From Candidatus Jordarchaeales archaeon (GTDB lineage Archaea > Asgardarchaeota > Jordiarchaeia > Jordiarchaeales > Freyrarchaeaceae), in assembly GCA_038889235.1 (NCBI GenBank), contig JAWAHN010000001.1, forward strand, positions 180,001-212,000: a DNA stretch of 32,000 nt, read 5' to 3'. Positions 9,263-18,116 of this stretch are shown here, in pieces. Within the stretch, counting starts at the first letter, position 1. Every line of letters starts with the position of its first letter. Both the position numbers and the translations under genes were made by a program. Under the pieces are notes generated by a model that saw only the letters and a program-made list of their open reading frames with translations, was not told where the DNA came from and ran no database searches.

Positions 9263-9889
9263 CTACTTTTTCTGTTCGGCTGCTTGCTTAATTTTTCTGA
9301 GGAGGTCTGCTGGGCTCTTCACCGGGTACTCCATTTTGTCAAGTATTTCTTCTACCGGTTTTCCTTTGACACTTATTCCTACGAGTCTCTCTTGAAGTTC
9401 CTTCTTCTCTACGGGGAAGTCTAGCCCCCTTATCCTGCTCAGTACTTGGATTGCCCACAGGAACTCTACATTTAGAGATTTTTCTATGCTTCTCGCTTCG
9501 TTATGTGTTATCTCTTCTGCTTCCAGTCGCCCTTCCTTTTTAAGCTTCTCGTAAGCTATTTTGGCCAGTCCGCCTGCCTTGTGCTCGTCGACTTTCTCTG
9601 CCATGCCTTTGAGGTAATCTGCAACCTTCGATGTGTCGGCCTTGAGTATGTTTTTAACAGTCTGCTCGGTTATCCCAAGCTTCTCAGCTATTTGGTAATC
9701 GGTCAGCGTTGCCTCATTTTTCAATACGACGACGTAAGCTGCTTCGGCGAGGGACGGGAGCCACGTTAGGTTCCTGTACTCTATGAGCTTTTTTAGCCCG
9801 CCCGCTGATGCTATAGCCTCCATGAACACCTTCATGGCCATTCGATCATAGTCTGGGAGGATTGGACGTATAACCTCCAAGCTAGTCAC
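9263..9889 (-). CDS. KaiC-associated regulatory protein (near-KaiC domain, HTH, small C-terminal helical domain)
   Basis: LTWLPSLAEAAYVVVLK followed by an HTH (TDYQIAEKLGITEQTVKNIL) and HxAGGLAK. Lies 13 nt downstream of the KaiC-domain gene. Confidence 0.75.
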   Translation of the reverse strand: MTSLEVIRPILPDYDRMAMKVFMEAIASAGGLKKLIEYRNLTWLPSLAEAAYVVVLKNEATLTDYQIAEKLGITEQTVKNILKADTSKVADYLKGMAEKVDEHKAGGLAKIAYEKLKKEGRLEAEEITHNEARSIEKSLNVEFLWAIQVLSRIRGLDFPVEKKELQERLVGISVKGKPVEEILDKMEYPVKSPADLLRKIKQAAEQKK

Positions 9890-9902
9890 CCCCGGGAGCT
9901 TT

Positions 9903-10811
9903 TCAGCCTGATCTTTTCCTTATGAAGTCGCTTAGCCTCTCCTTTATTTCGACGAGCCCCACCTCGTTTATCTCCATAACATAGGTGTTCGTGTCGTGCC
10001 CGGACATGCGGCACCCATCTATCCTTATTGTTCTCAGCACGCTTCCTAGAGGAAGGCCATAGAGACCGGCGTCGAACTTGGTCTCCATAAGCTTCTTGTC
10101 CATTACTATCGTTCCGTCAACTATGTGGGCTACTGCCAGTCCACCGGCAGCTTCAGCCGTCTCGGACCCCTGGGACGAGCGCTTCTGGGATACTATAATG
10201 GACGTCAAATGAAACCTTTTAAGGGAGTTGTACACTATGCGGACTATCTGGCGGGCCATGACCTCCCTGTGCTCGTAAAGCCCTGTTATACTGTCTATGA
10301 CCACCACGTCAACTCTCCGTGACTTGACAGCGTACTCCATAGTTTTAACCAGCGCAGAGGTGTTTTCCCTAAGCATGGGTTCCTGCGAGACGTCTATGAC
10401 TGAGATGTTTCTCTCTACGTTCCCAAAATTAAGGTCTAATGCAACCGCCTTCTGCTTAAGAGACGTGTAGAGGAATTCTGCAGGGTTCTCGGTGGTCACG
10501 AAAAGAACCCGACTACCCCTCCCAGCTTGGAAGACGGCGAACTGCTCGGCGAAGACACTCTTCCCCGTGTCGGGTATACCAACTAGGTTCATCACAGCTC
10601 CCTTAGGTATACCACCTAGGGGCTTCCTCACAAGTCTACCAGAAACTTCATCATAATAGACGGTGAAGAAAAGATCGTCAAGCTTCGTCCCCGTCGGAAC
10701 GCCCACTATCTCCGGCGCTTTACCCTTAAGACGAGGAAGTTCGACAATATAACGGGAGTAGTCTATTTCGGGCTCGCTCCTAGCGGCCCTAGCGGCATAT
10801 CCTTCCTCCAA
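9903..10811 (-). CDS. Single-domain KaiC/RecA-superfamily ATPase, AF_0795-like
   Basis: GVPTG..LDDLF...GGIP, Walker A GIPDTGKS, Walker B VVVIDSITG, SQKR and AAGGLAVAHIVDG motifs. Confidence 0.88.
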   Translation of the reverse strand: MEEGYAARAARSEPEIDYSRYIVELPRLKGKAPEIVGVPTGTKLDDLFFTVYYDEVSGRLVRKPLGGIPKGAVMNLVGIPDTGKSVFAEQFAVFQAGRGSRVLFVTTENPAEFLYTSLKQKAVALDLNFGNVERNISVIDVSQEPMLRENTSALVKTMEYAVKSRRVDVVVIDSITGLYEHREVMARQIVRIVYNSLKRFHLTSIIVSQKRSSQGSETAEAAGGLAVAHIVDGTIVMDKKLMETKFDAGLYGLPLGSVLRTIRIDGCRMSGHDTNTYVMEINEVGLVEIKERLSDFIRKRSG

Positions 10812-11055
10812 ACTCGACTCCCTCTAATCCGCGACTTTTATCGAAGAGACCCGGGTAAATATAGGTCAAGAATATGTGATTCAAGAAATATATTAACTTT
10901 TGGGAGACAATAGAAAATAAGAAATGTTGATTAATGGAGAACGCATGGTCAAGTGTGCAGCTGGGATTCTAAAGTGCTGGTGGTCGTCAGGTTTCGTTGT
11001 ACCTTCAGAAATAGAAAAAAAGTAAGTTTCCGAGTGTATTTGCCTGAATTTAATT

Positions 11056-11238
11056 TTACTTGGCTGGTGTGTAATAACTCCTCTTCGGGGAGGTTATTTC
11101 GCCCCTCTTTTTGAGCCGCCTTATTATTTTCGTTACCTCTTTAACATCGAGCTTGGCGATCTCCGCTATTTCACGGGACTTCAATGGTTTCCCTGCCTTC
11201 TTGAGTGTCTCGAGAACGAGTTTCTCCTTCTCCTCCAT
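11056..11238 (-). CDS. Small stand-alone winged-helix protein (60 aa)
   Basis: VLETLKKAGKPLKSREIAEIAKLDVKEVTKIIRRLKKRGEITSPKRSYY matches a wHTH pattern. Likely start is ATG 11238. Confidence 0.75.
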   Translation of the reverse strand: MEEKEKLVLETLKKAGKPLKSREIAEIAKLDVKEVTKIIRRLKKRGEITSPKRSYYTPAK

Positions 11239-11361
11239 CCGCCATACCCTCCATTTTCGCAAACCGCTGCAATCATAAGCAAATCATGAGCACTACAAAT
11301 ATTAATTTTACTGTTATGAAAGTAAGAGAAAGGAGAAAAAGTAAGGGGGCAAGCGGAGAAG

Positions 11362-11805
11362 CTAGTATTTCTCCCTTCCCCTTTTGTATCCTCTTCTATC
11401 TTGTTGGAACCTAGGTCTGCGGGGCTTTCTTTCTTGCTCGTAGAATACGTTTGAAAGGTTGTTTTCTGTGTTCACGTTAATCTCGCGTCCTTCGACGTCC
11501 CTTTCTATGACCCCGTGGCGTCCAATGTTTAGCCTCAGAGAGTTTCGGTAAACTGTAGTATAGACGTTCTTTAAAATGTACACTTGGCCGGGGGTCACCT
11601 TGTCGATCTCGTCGTTCCAAAGAGTTAGGTATATGCAACCTGTTTCGTCACCAACTAGGGCGTCGGCGACTCTTAGAGATTCACCAGTCATTTTGGAGAT
11701 TACTTCCCTTTCGGCTCCGATAGAATCGCACTTGACAACGATGTTTATGTTCTTGAGGTATGGTTTCAAGTCAGAAACCTTGCTGAAAGACAATTCGTTC
11801 AACAC
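11362..11805 (-). CDS. ssb: Single-OB-fold single-stranded DNA-binding protein (crenarchaeal SSB/RPA-like) with a basic tail
   Basis: KVSDLKP...ALVGDETG.I.LTLWND...LRLNIGRHG OB signature and an Arg-rich C-terminal tail. Confidence 0.85.
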   Translation of the reverse strand: MLNELSFSKVSDLKPYLKNINIVVKCDSIGAEREVISKMTGESLRVADALVGDETGCIYLTLWNDEIDKVTPGQVYILKNVYTTVYRNSLRLNIGRHGVIERDVEGREINVNTENNLSNVFYEQERKPRRPRFQQDRRGYKRGREKY

Positions 11806-11954
11806 TTATTCCGTCCTTTTTGTTTTCAGAGAAGAAGACTGTTTACGTCTCTCCTCTGCAAGGAGAGAATGCTGCATACGGCTATTTAAACCTTTAGTGA
11901 GGCAAAAAAGTATAGATGATTTTTGAAACATTAAATGGAATGTTTAATGATTTG

Positions 11955-13067
11955 TTAAGGGTTCAGCTTTGCGCATTTGAGGCCGCTTTTTCCCGCCATT
12001 CGCAGGCAGTCATTGCAGGAAATGCACTCCGACTTAAGGCTTTCACCTTTCAGCCATTTTGCAGGTAAGTTTGGGTCTCTGATTAGCGGACGAGACATCG
12101 AAATGAAGTCGGAGTACCCTTTCTCGAGCACCTCCTCAGCGGTGCTCTTTGACCTTATCCCGCCGACAAGCATCACGGTTGCTGATGGAAGCGCCTTTTT
12201 CACTTCGACGGCAAACGGTAGGAAGTATGCTTCAGGGACTTCTTCCCCAACCTTCGTTCTGACCGATGAAAGGTTCCCGTATAACGTCGACTCGTATATT
12301 CCTCCGGATACTTCTATGGCGTCAGCCCCGCTCTTCAGGACTATTCTCGCTATCTCAACAGACTCGGGAAGCTTCAGCCTGTCCTCGTCAGCAACGCAGT
12401 CGTCCATTTGGAGTTTCACGAGCACAGGCCAGTCGCCGCCACAAGCCTTCTTTATACCTTTGATTATTTCGACGAGCATCCTAGCCCTATTCTCGGTGCT
12501 TCCACCATACTCGTCGCTCCTCTTGTTTGAGTAAGGAGAGAGGAACTGGGAGACTAGGTAGCCGTGGCATGCTTGAATCTGCACTCCGTCGAAGCCAGCG
12601 TCCTTGGCCCTCTCCGCAGCTCTCACGAAGGCTTCAATCACCTCTTTGACCTCCTCTCTGGTCATCTCCTTTGGTGTAATTTTAACTGTCTTGTCCGGTA
12701 TGGGTGATGGAGCAATAAGTACGCCATTTGTGAGTTTGGGATGTGCCTGTCTTCCGCCGTGCGACAGCTGAACCACAACTTTCACGTCTGGATCAACCGC
12801 ATGGACGGCGTCAACCATCTTCTTCAGAGGGGGTATGCACTCGTCGGAGTGAAGGCCTGTTTGTCCTCTTAGAGCTACCCCATCCTTTCGCACATAGGCG
12901 AACCCTGTGATTATCAGCCCAGTGCCCCCCTTTGCGAGCTCCCTGTACAGCTCGACGTAGCGTTCTCCTACGATGCCGTTTTCGTCCGCCAACCCTTCAT
13001 AAGTAGCTGACCTAACTATCCTGTTTTTAACTTCCATAGAACCAACATGTCCGGGTTCAAAGAGCAA
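11955..13067 (-). CDS. NADH:flavin oxidoreductase, Old Yellow Enzyme family
   Basis: KNRIVRSAT, QLSHGGRQ, AGFDGVQIQACHGYLVSQFLSP..NKRSDEYGGS.ENR, SRPLIRDP and a C-terminal CISCNDC. Confidence 0.92.
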   Translation of the reverse strand: MLFEPGHVGSMEVKNRIVRSATYEGLADENGIVGERYVELYRELAKGGTGLIITGFAYVRKDGVALRGQTGLHSDECIPPLKKMVDAVHAVDPDVKVVVQLSHGGRQAHPKLTNGVLIAPSPIPDKTVKITPKEMTREEVKEVIEAFVRAAERAKDAGFDGVQIQACHGYLVSQFLSPYSNKRSDEYGGSTENRARMLVEIIKGIKKACGGDWPVLVKLQMDDCVADEDRLKLPESVEIARIVLKSGADAIEVSGGIYESTLYGNLSSVRTKVGEEVPEAYFLPFAVEVKKALPSATVMLVGGIRSKSTAEEVLEKGYSDFISMSRPLIRDPNLPAKWLKGESLKSECISCNDCLRMAGKSGLKCAKLNP

Positions 13068-13239
13068 GCATCACACCTCTAGTTGATTGAGCAAACGACA
13101 ATAGGACAAAGGAGTTATTTAAAAAATTACCTAAAGGTGGTGTTATGTTCCCGCGCTATTCAGCATCTTTTCAATCCTGCCAAGGGTAGTGTCGGAAAAC
13201 TTTTACTCTTATTTCTCCAATTTTTCTACTTGGCGTAAG

Positions 13240-13470
13240 ATGAAAATAGTTAAGGTTAGCGGCGAAAACACATAGAAGACTCTGCGAGAGGGCTGGGAGA
13301 TTCCAAGCAGAGCTGAAGATGCCTGTGTCCATCGGTGAAACCATATGTCACTTGCCCGACGAAGCGAGAAAGCGCGGGGTAGCCGAACTTGCGGGGAGCT
13401 GGAGCTTTCGGATGAAGAGGCTGAGGAGATTTTCCTCGGCTCCGAAGGTGGTAGAGTAGTTGGAACGTGA
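13240..13470 (+). pseudogene. vapB: Decayed VapB-like antitoxin
   Basis: Two single-base corrections give MKIVKVSGETHRRLCERAGRFQAELKMPVSIGETICHL...VAELAGSW(E)LSDEEAEEIF. Its stop overlaps the PIN-gene start (GTGA). Confidence 0.6.
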
Positions 13471-13864
13471 AAATGTCTGCTTAGACTCAGATGTGCTCAT
13501 AGACCATCTAGGGGGTAAAAGCATGGTGGTTGACGAGGTACACAGGCTTAAGGAGAAGTGTATCCTATCGACAACATCGATAAACGTTTTTTGAAGTTTT
13601 ATGGCTCTTATAAGAGCGGAAGAAGGTTGATGTCGAGAGCGTTGCGAGACTCGTGGAAAAAAACTCACAGTGCTCAACTTCGACAGGGCTGCTGAGACAG
13701 CTAACAGATTCTAGTTCAATTAGAGTCTAAGGGGAGAGGTCGTGGAGTTTAGAGATGTGCTTTTAGGGGGAACGTGCCTACTGAACGGGTGTGCTATAGC
13801 AACATGGAACACTAAACACTTCAAGAGAGCTCATGAGTTAAAGGTCATTGAGCTACAGTGCTGA
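13467..13864 (+). pseudogene. vapC: Decayed PIN-domain VapC toxin
   Basis: Fragments across frames: CLDSDVLIDHLGG, LSTTSINVF(E), YGSYKS, LTVLNFD, EFRDVLLGGTCLLNGCAIATWNTKHF. This is the canonical PIN order with acidic active-site residues, plus several frameshifts and stops. Confidence 0.8.
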
Positions 13865-13976
13865 CTCGTAAACCTCAAAAGGCGGTTTCGCCTTCTAAAC
13901 CTGGAGTGTTTCGGTCGCCTATCGTTCTCGAAAGCAATATTTTGAAAGCTTAAGGTAAATAAACTGGGGGAAGTCC

Positions 13977-15683
13977 TTGTCATCCGAGGTTCTTCGTGAA
14001 AAAGTTTTGGAGGTAATTAACACTGTTGAGAGTCATGGGCTCTTCGTTCACGACGAACTGTTGACTGTTAGATGTGAGGGGGAGCATGGAAACGAGATGT
14101 GGAGCATGCCACTCGTCGTCACGCTAGCTGTCCTAAACGCATTAGTCCCTAGGGGGGCTATGCTGCTTTACGGTGGACACGGTGGAGGTAAGACTACTCT
14201 GGCGAAAGTGCTGGGGCGCATGATGACCGGCGCCCACCTTTCAGAGATAGAGGAGGCTGTGGTGCGTGGGCACCCCCAGCTCACAGAGGAGAAAATGATA
14301 GCCACTCTTAAACCTGGGCGGCTTCTCAGAGATGGCGTGGAGGAGGTTGTATGGCGGAAGTTTGTCACAAGCTTTTGGAAAATAGTGGACGAAATTAACA
14401 GGCTTACACCCTATACTCAAAACATTCTCCTATCTCTCCTCGCTGAAGGCAGAGTGAAGTTTTACGACGCTGTTTACGAGTGCGGCTCCTTCGTCCTCTA
14501 CGCCACAATGAACCCACAGGACCCTGGAACCTTCGAAATTGGGCTTCCGCTGCTGGACAGGTTCGGGATAGCTGTACCCATAACCATGCCCAGCGTTACG
14601 GAGATCCCATTCATCCTCTCGGGCCAAGATGAAAGGCTTTACGGCTACGACCCCTACTACCAAGTCCCCCAAGTGCTAAGCGTGGAGGAGTTGCGCTCAA
14701 TATGGCGGCTTGTCGACGCCACGCCGGTGGATGAGGAGGCGAAGCTCTTCGTGGGCAACCTGATATCAGAATTTTCGGCTTGCGAGAGGGCTTCGAAAGA
14801 AAACGTCACGCTCCTCAGAACGGATAGCGGACTATGCGACGGATGCCACTTCAACGTCGAAAAATCGGTTTGCAACAAGGTTGTGACGCCACTCAGCGTG
14901 AGGGCGGCTAAGGACATTTTAAGGTATTCTAAGGCGTTGTCCTGGCTCCTCGGAGCTGAAAAGGTGACCGTGGATATGGTCGTTGCTATAGCTCCCTATG
15001 CCGTTTGGCATAGGGTTAAGTATCCTGAAAGACTCCTCATGGAACCCCCCTACTACGGGGACCAGCTCAAGTTTACCTTCGACGTTATGAAGCTCGTAAT
15101 GGAGAGGTTTGTAGCGAGGAGGAAAGCTCTAGAAATATTTGAGAAGTTTAAGATGGGAGAGGGGGGTGAGGGGGCGCTGAAAAACCTTGAAGAGTGGGGG
15201 AGGAGCGACCTAGTGGTGAAAACAGAGTTAGTGCCAAAAGCGCGCCACTTCGCCACCAGGGAGTATAGGAGCGTGATGGAGAAGATAAGGAAAGCACTTA
15301 GGGTTGACAACGTAAGAGAGCTCGAGAAGGTAAGGAATGTTATACTCTCAGAGAGAGGGTTGCCGAACAGGTTTGAAATCCTACGCAAGCTCGAAGAGGC
15401 AATTCACGAGAAGACAAAGAAGATCTACATGGTGCCGTTTAGAGAGTGGGGGGCGGTGTACGGAAAGCTTGCTGTAAAGTTCCCAGAGCTACAAGAGCCC
15501 CTTAAGCAAACGTTCAAACCGCCCGTGTCAAAGTGCATTAAACACAGGGAGCTTACCATAATAGTCCACGCAACCGGGGGAAGCGACGAGGACCCGGTGT
15601 TCGTGGAAATTGCAGGGGGTAAAGCGGACGAGGTGGCTAAAATCGTGGAGGAGGTTTGCGGAAGTGACAAGAAAGAGGAATAA
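13977..15683 (+). CDS. MoxR-type AAA+ ATPase with a Cys4 insertion and C-terminal extension (568 aa)
   Basis: Walker A GGHGGGKT, Walker B IVDEINR, ATMNP, LLDRF, SVRA. Contains a C-x17-C-x2-C-x8-C cluster. Confidence 0.88.
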   Translation: MSSEVLREKVLEVINTVESHGLFVHDELLTVRCEGEHGNEMWSMPLVVTLAVLNALVPRGAMLLYGGHGGGKTTLAKVLGRMMTGAHLSEIEEAVVRGHPQLTEEKMIATLKPGRLLRDGVEEVVWRKFVTSFWKIVDEINRLTPYTQNILLSLLAEGRVKFYDAVYECGSFVLYATMNPQDPGTFEIGLPLLDRFGIAVPITMPSVTEIPFILSGQDERLYGYDPYYQVPQVLSVEELRSIWRLVDATPVDEEAKLFVGNLISEFSACERASKENVTLLRTDSGLCDGCHFNVEKSVCNKVVTPLSVRAAKDILRYSKALSWLLGAEKVTVDMVVAIAPYAVWHRVKYPERLLMEPPYYGDQLKFTFDVMKLVMERFVARRKALEIFEKFKMGEGGEGALKNLEEWGRSDLVVKTELVPKARHFATREYRSVMEKIRKALRVDNVRELEKVRNVILSERGLPNRFEILRKLEEAIHEKTKKIYMVPFREWGAVYGKLAVKFPELQEPLKQTFKPPVSKCIKHRELTIIVHATGGSDEDPVFVEIAGGKADEVAKIVEEVCGSDKKEE

Positions 15684-17289
15684 TAAACACATTGCCTCGC
15701 TTGTCAAGGAGGCGGTTTCGCTTGCCCTTAAAGACTTCTACTGCCCCCCGGTCCCAGACCCGGAGGTCAGCGTTGGAAAAGCTAGGAAAACCATGTTCTA
15801 CATTACTGAGGGGAGCTGGAAAGTGCACATAAACGTCAACGAAATCCCACCACTGGAAGAGAGAGAGCTTGTAAAATTCTTCCGGTCCATATGCAGACAC
15901 GAGTTGGGACATTACACTGTATGCCCTTACGATATGACAAATTCCTTGCTTATCCTTAGAAGCGTGATGAAGAATGTCGGGCCAGAACTAGCAGGCTTCG
16001 TCGCCAACTTTTTCTGCGACCTTATCGTCGACCACTACCTCTTTGAAAGATACCGCGAGGAAACACTCTGGGAGAAGAAGGTTACAGCTAACTGGATTGC
16101 CAACTGCTTTGACTATCCAAGCGAGCTGTGGGCTTTACTCATTAAATGCTACGAGAAAATGTGGAACGTGAAAATCCTAGAAGATTTAAGAGTAGCGATG
16201 GTTGTGGATGAAGTTGCAGCAAAGATAGTTAAGGTGATCAAGAGGGGTGGGGTGTTCAACGAGAAGACATGGCCCAGGAAGGCTGGCAAGGTTGCCGAGA
16301 TAATAAGGAACTTCTTGGAATGGGTTCGTAGGGGAGAGGAAGCCAGTTACGACGGATTCACAGTCCCAGAGGATGTCGCGAAGATGATGAGAGGAGACCC
16401 GTTGAAACCACCGCTCGGAAGGAGCGGAGACTATGAGAAAGCAGCGGAGAAGTACATTGAGGAAGGCGGAAGAGTTGAAGAATTTGTCGAAACAATTAGG
16501 GCGGCTGGGCTTAACAAAAACACAAGGGAGATTTTGAGGGCGTGGTATAGGGCTAAGGCGAAATTGAGAATTAAGGTTAAAATCTCCTCGGTGAGGAGGA
16601 GAAAGGAGGATGTGCAAGTTTACCCTGACGTTTGGAGAATTGAAGACCCGTTAGAGGAGCTTGACATACCGCTCTCGCTTCAGTGCTTCCCTAAACTTAT
16701 ACCCGGCCTGACGACTAAGAAGTGGGTCAAGAGTTCAAGTGAAACTGTCAAAGAAAAAGGGGAACCCCCGGACATGTTGATAGTCCTCGACAGTTCCTCC
16801 AGCATGAGCTCTAACGATGGGTTGCCCTTTGACCTAGCTCTCGTAGCAGCCTTCTCGGCTCTTAAGTTTGCGATGAGCAAAAACTGCAGAGTTGCAGCCA
16901 TCAATTTCTCCAATGGAGTGATAGAGTGTTACTGGACCAGGGATAGAGTTAAGGTTGAAGACGTCCTCTTAAGCTACCAGGGGGGCGGCACTGTTCTCCC
17001 CACGAAAAGAATATCGAAACTCGTAGAGGAGAACGGATTCAAAGTCCTGGTGCTAATAATAACTGACACTGGGTTGGCGAACTGGGACGAGGCTGTGAAG
17101 GAGCTTGGAAGGCTCGTAGCCATGGGGCACAGCGTGTGCATGTTCTTTATAGGAGGACGTGAAGGTGAGCTCAACGAGGCGCACAGGAAGTTTCTCTCCA
17201 TGGGTGGGAAGATATATCCCATCCCGGACATTGAGAAGCTACCAGATGTGGTGATAGATGAGGTTAAAGGGCACTACCAGGTAGGGTGA
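15664..17289 (+). CDS. HExxH metallopeptidase-like N-domain plus C-terminal vWA domain protein
   Basis: RHELGHY motif. MIDAS elements DSSSS, GGGT and ITD. GTG 15664 follows a GGAGGAGGT RBS (the ORF track starts at 15610). Confidence 0.85.
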   Translation: MTRKRNNKHIASLVKEAVSLALKDFYCPPVPDPEVSVGKARKTMFYITEGSWKVHINVNEIPPLEERELVKFFRSICRHELGHYTVCPYDMTNSLLILRSVMKNVGPELAGFVANFFCDLIVDHYLFERYREETLWEKKVTANWIANCFDYPSELWALLIKCYEKMWNVKILEDLRVAMVVDEVAAKIVKVIKRGGVFNEKTWPRKAGKVAEIIRNFLEWVRRGEEASYDGFTVPEDVAKMMRGDPLKPPLGRSGDYEKAAEKYIEEGGRVEEFVETIRAAGLNKNTREILRAWYRAKAKLRIKVKISSVRRRKEDVQVYPDVWRIEDPLEELDIPLSLQCFPKLIPGLTTKKWVKSSSETVKEKGEPPDMLIVLDSSSSMSSNDGLPFDLALVAAFSALKFAMSKNCRVAAINFSNGVIECYWTRDRVKVEDVLLSYQGGGTVLPTKRISKLVEENGFKVLVLIITDTGLANWDEAVKELGRLVAMGHSVCMFFIGGREGELNEAHRKFLSMGGKIYPIPDIEKLPDVVIDEVKGHYQVG

Positions 17290-18116
17290 AACGCTTGAGC
17301 ACGTGGAATGACAAGGTTTCCAAGGCGGCTTTCGCGTGCTGTAGGAAAAGCATGGAGACGCTGAGGGTAATCCTTCACGCCTGGCTTAAGAGAGGCACGC
17401 TGAGAGAGAAGGGGGTTCAGCCTATTAGTAGGGTAGTTGTCGTCGCCGAGGAAGGGATGATGGCTGAGGAGGCCGTCAAGGAGCTCCTAAAAGAGACTGG
17501 GGTCAATTTCAGGAAGGTGGAGGGGGAAGGAGGAGTTAGCATGGTGGTCGACGGTGGCGGTGAGGAGTTCACCGTAGAAGTAGTGAGGTGTGAGAGGGAT
17601 CAGAGCGCGCGTGACGGGCTTACTTTGGTCGTTGAAAGACCGGGGGTTGCTGACAGGATGGAGGCTTTGAGGGTTTTGGCGTCAGAGCTTGGCGATCTCG
17701 ACTTGAAGAGTGTAGCGGAGGCTTGTGAGGGCTTCACGACGTCAGACATTGTGAAACTCGTCCAGTTTGCAGCTTCGAGAAGCATAGCTGAGGGGCGGGA
17801 GAAAGTTGAGGGGGGTGACTTTATGGAGGGAGTATCCGCTCTGCGAAGGGAGGCAAGTGTTCTAGGTGAGACGCTTCCCGACGACCTATCAGAGCAGCTC
17901 TACATTATGGCGGTCAGTGAGAGCGGCGAGGTTTTCTCGGAGCTCGTCCACAAAGTCAACTCTGGGGAGAGGCTCGACAGGAGACTTGAGAAGGCGCTTG
18001 CAAGGTACTCCTTCATCTTGTTCGACGAGCCCGAGGAGAGGATAATAAAGCTTGCAAGGGCTAGGGCGAGCTACGAAAGGCTCAGAAAGGTCTTTGAGGG
18101 TGGGCGGCAGAATTGA
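17286..18116 (+). CDS. Degenerate AAA+-like protein: AAA lid present, no Walker A/B
   Basis: DLDLKSVAEACEGFTTSDIVKLVQFAASRSIAEGREKV...DF resembles the small helical lid of classical AAA ATPases (PAN/Cdc48/FtsH type). It has 4-nt overlaps with both neighbours. Confidence 0.65.
   Translation: MKRLSTWNDKVSKAAFACCRKSMETLRVILHAWLKRGTLREKGVQPISRVVVVAEEGMMAEEAVKELLKETGVNFRKVEGEGGVSMVVDGGGEEFTVEVVRCERDQSARDGLTLVVERPGVADRMEALRVLASELGDLDLKSVAEACEGFTTSDIVKLVQFAASRSIAEGREKVEGGDFMEGVSALRREASVLGETLPDDLSEQLYIMAVSESGEVFSELVHKVNSGERLDRRLEKALARYSFILFDEPEERIIKLARARASYERLRKVFEGGRQN

Noticed and set aside
9903-10811. Circadian clock KaiC
   Set aside because: Single domain only and no kaiA or kaiB in the window; it fits the thermophile KaiC-like family.
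13879-13894. Hairpin AAGGCG-GTTT-CGCCTT after the vapC relic
   Set aside because: Only a 6-bp stem with no clear U-tract; not enough to call a terminator or RNA element.
17286-18116. Vps4/ESCRT or Cdc48 assignment for the AAA-lid protein
   Set aside because: No MIT or N-domain, no Walker motifs and no ESCRT-III-like genes nearby.
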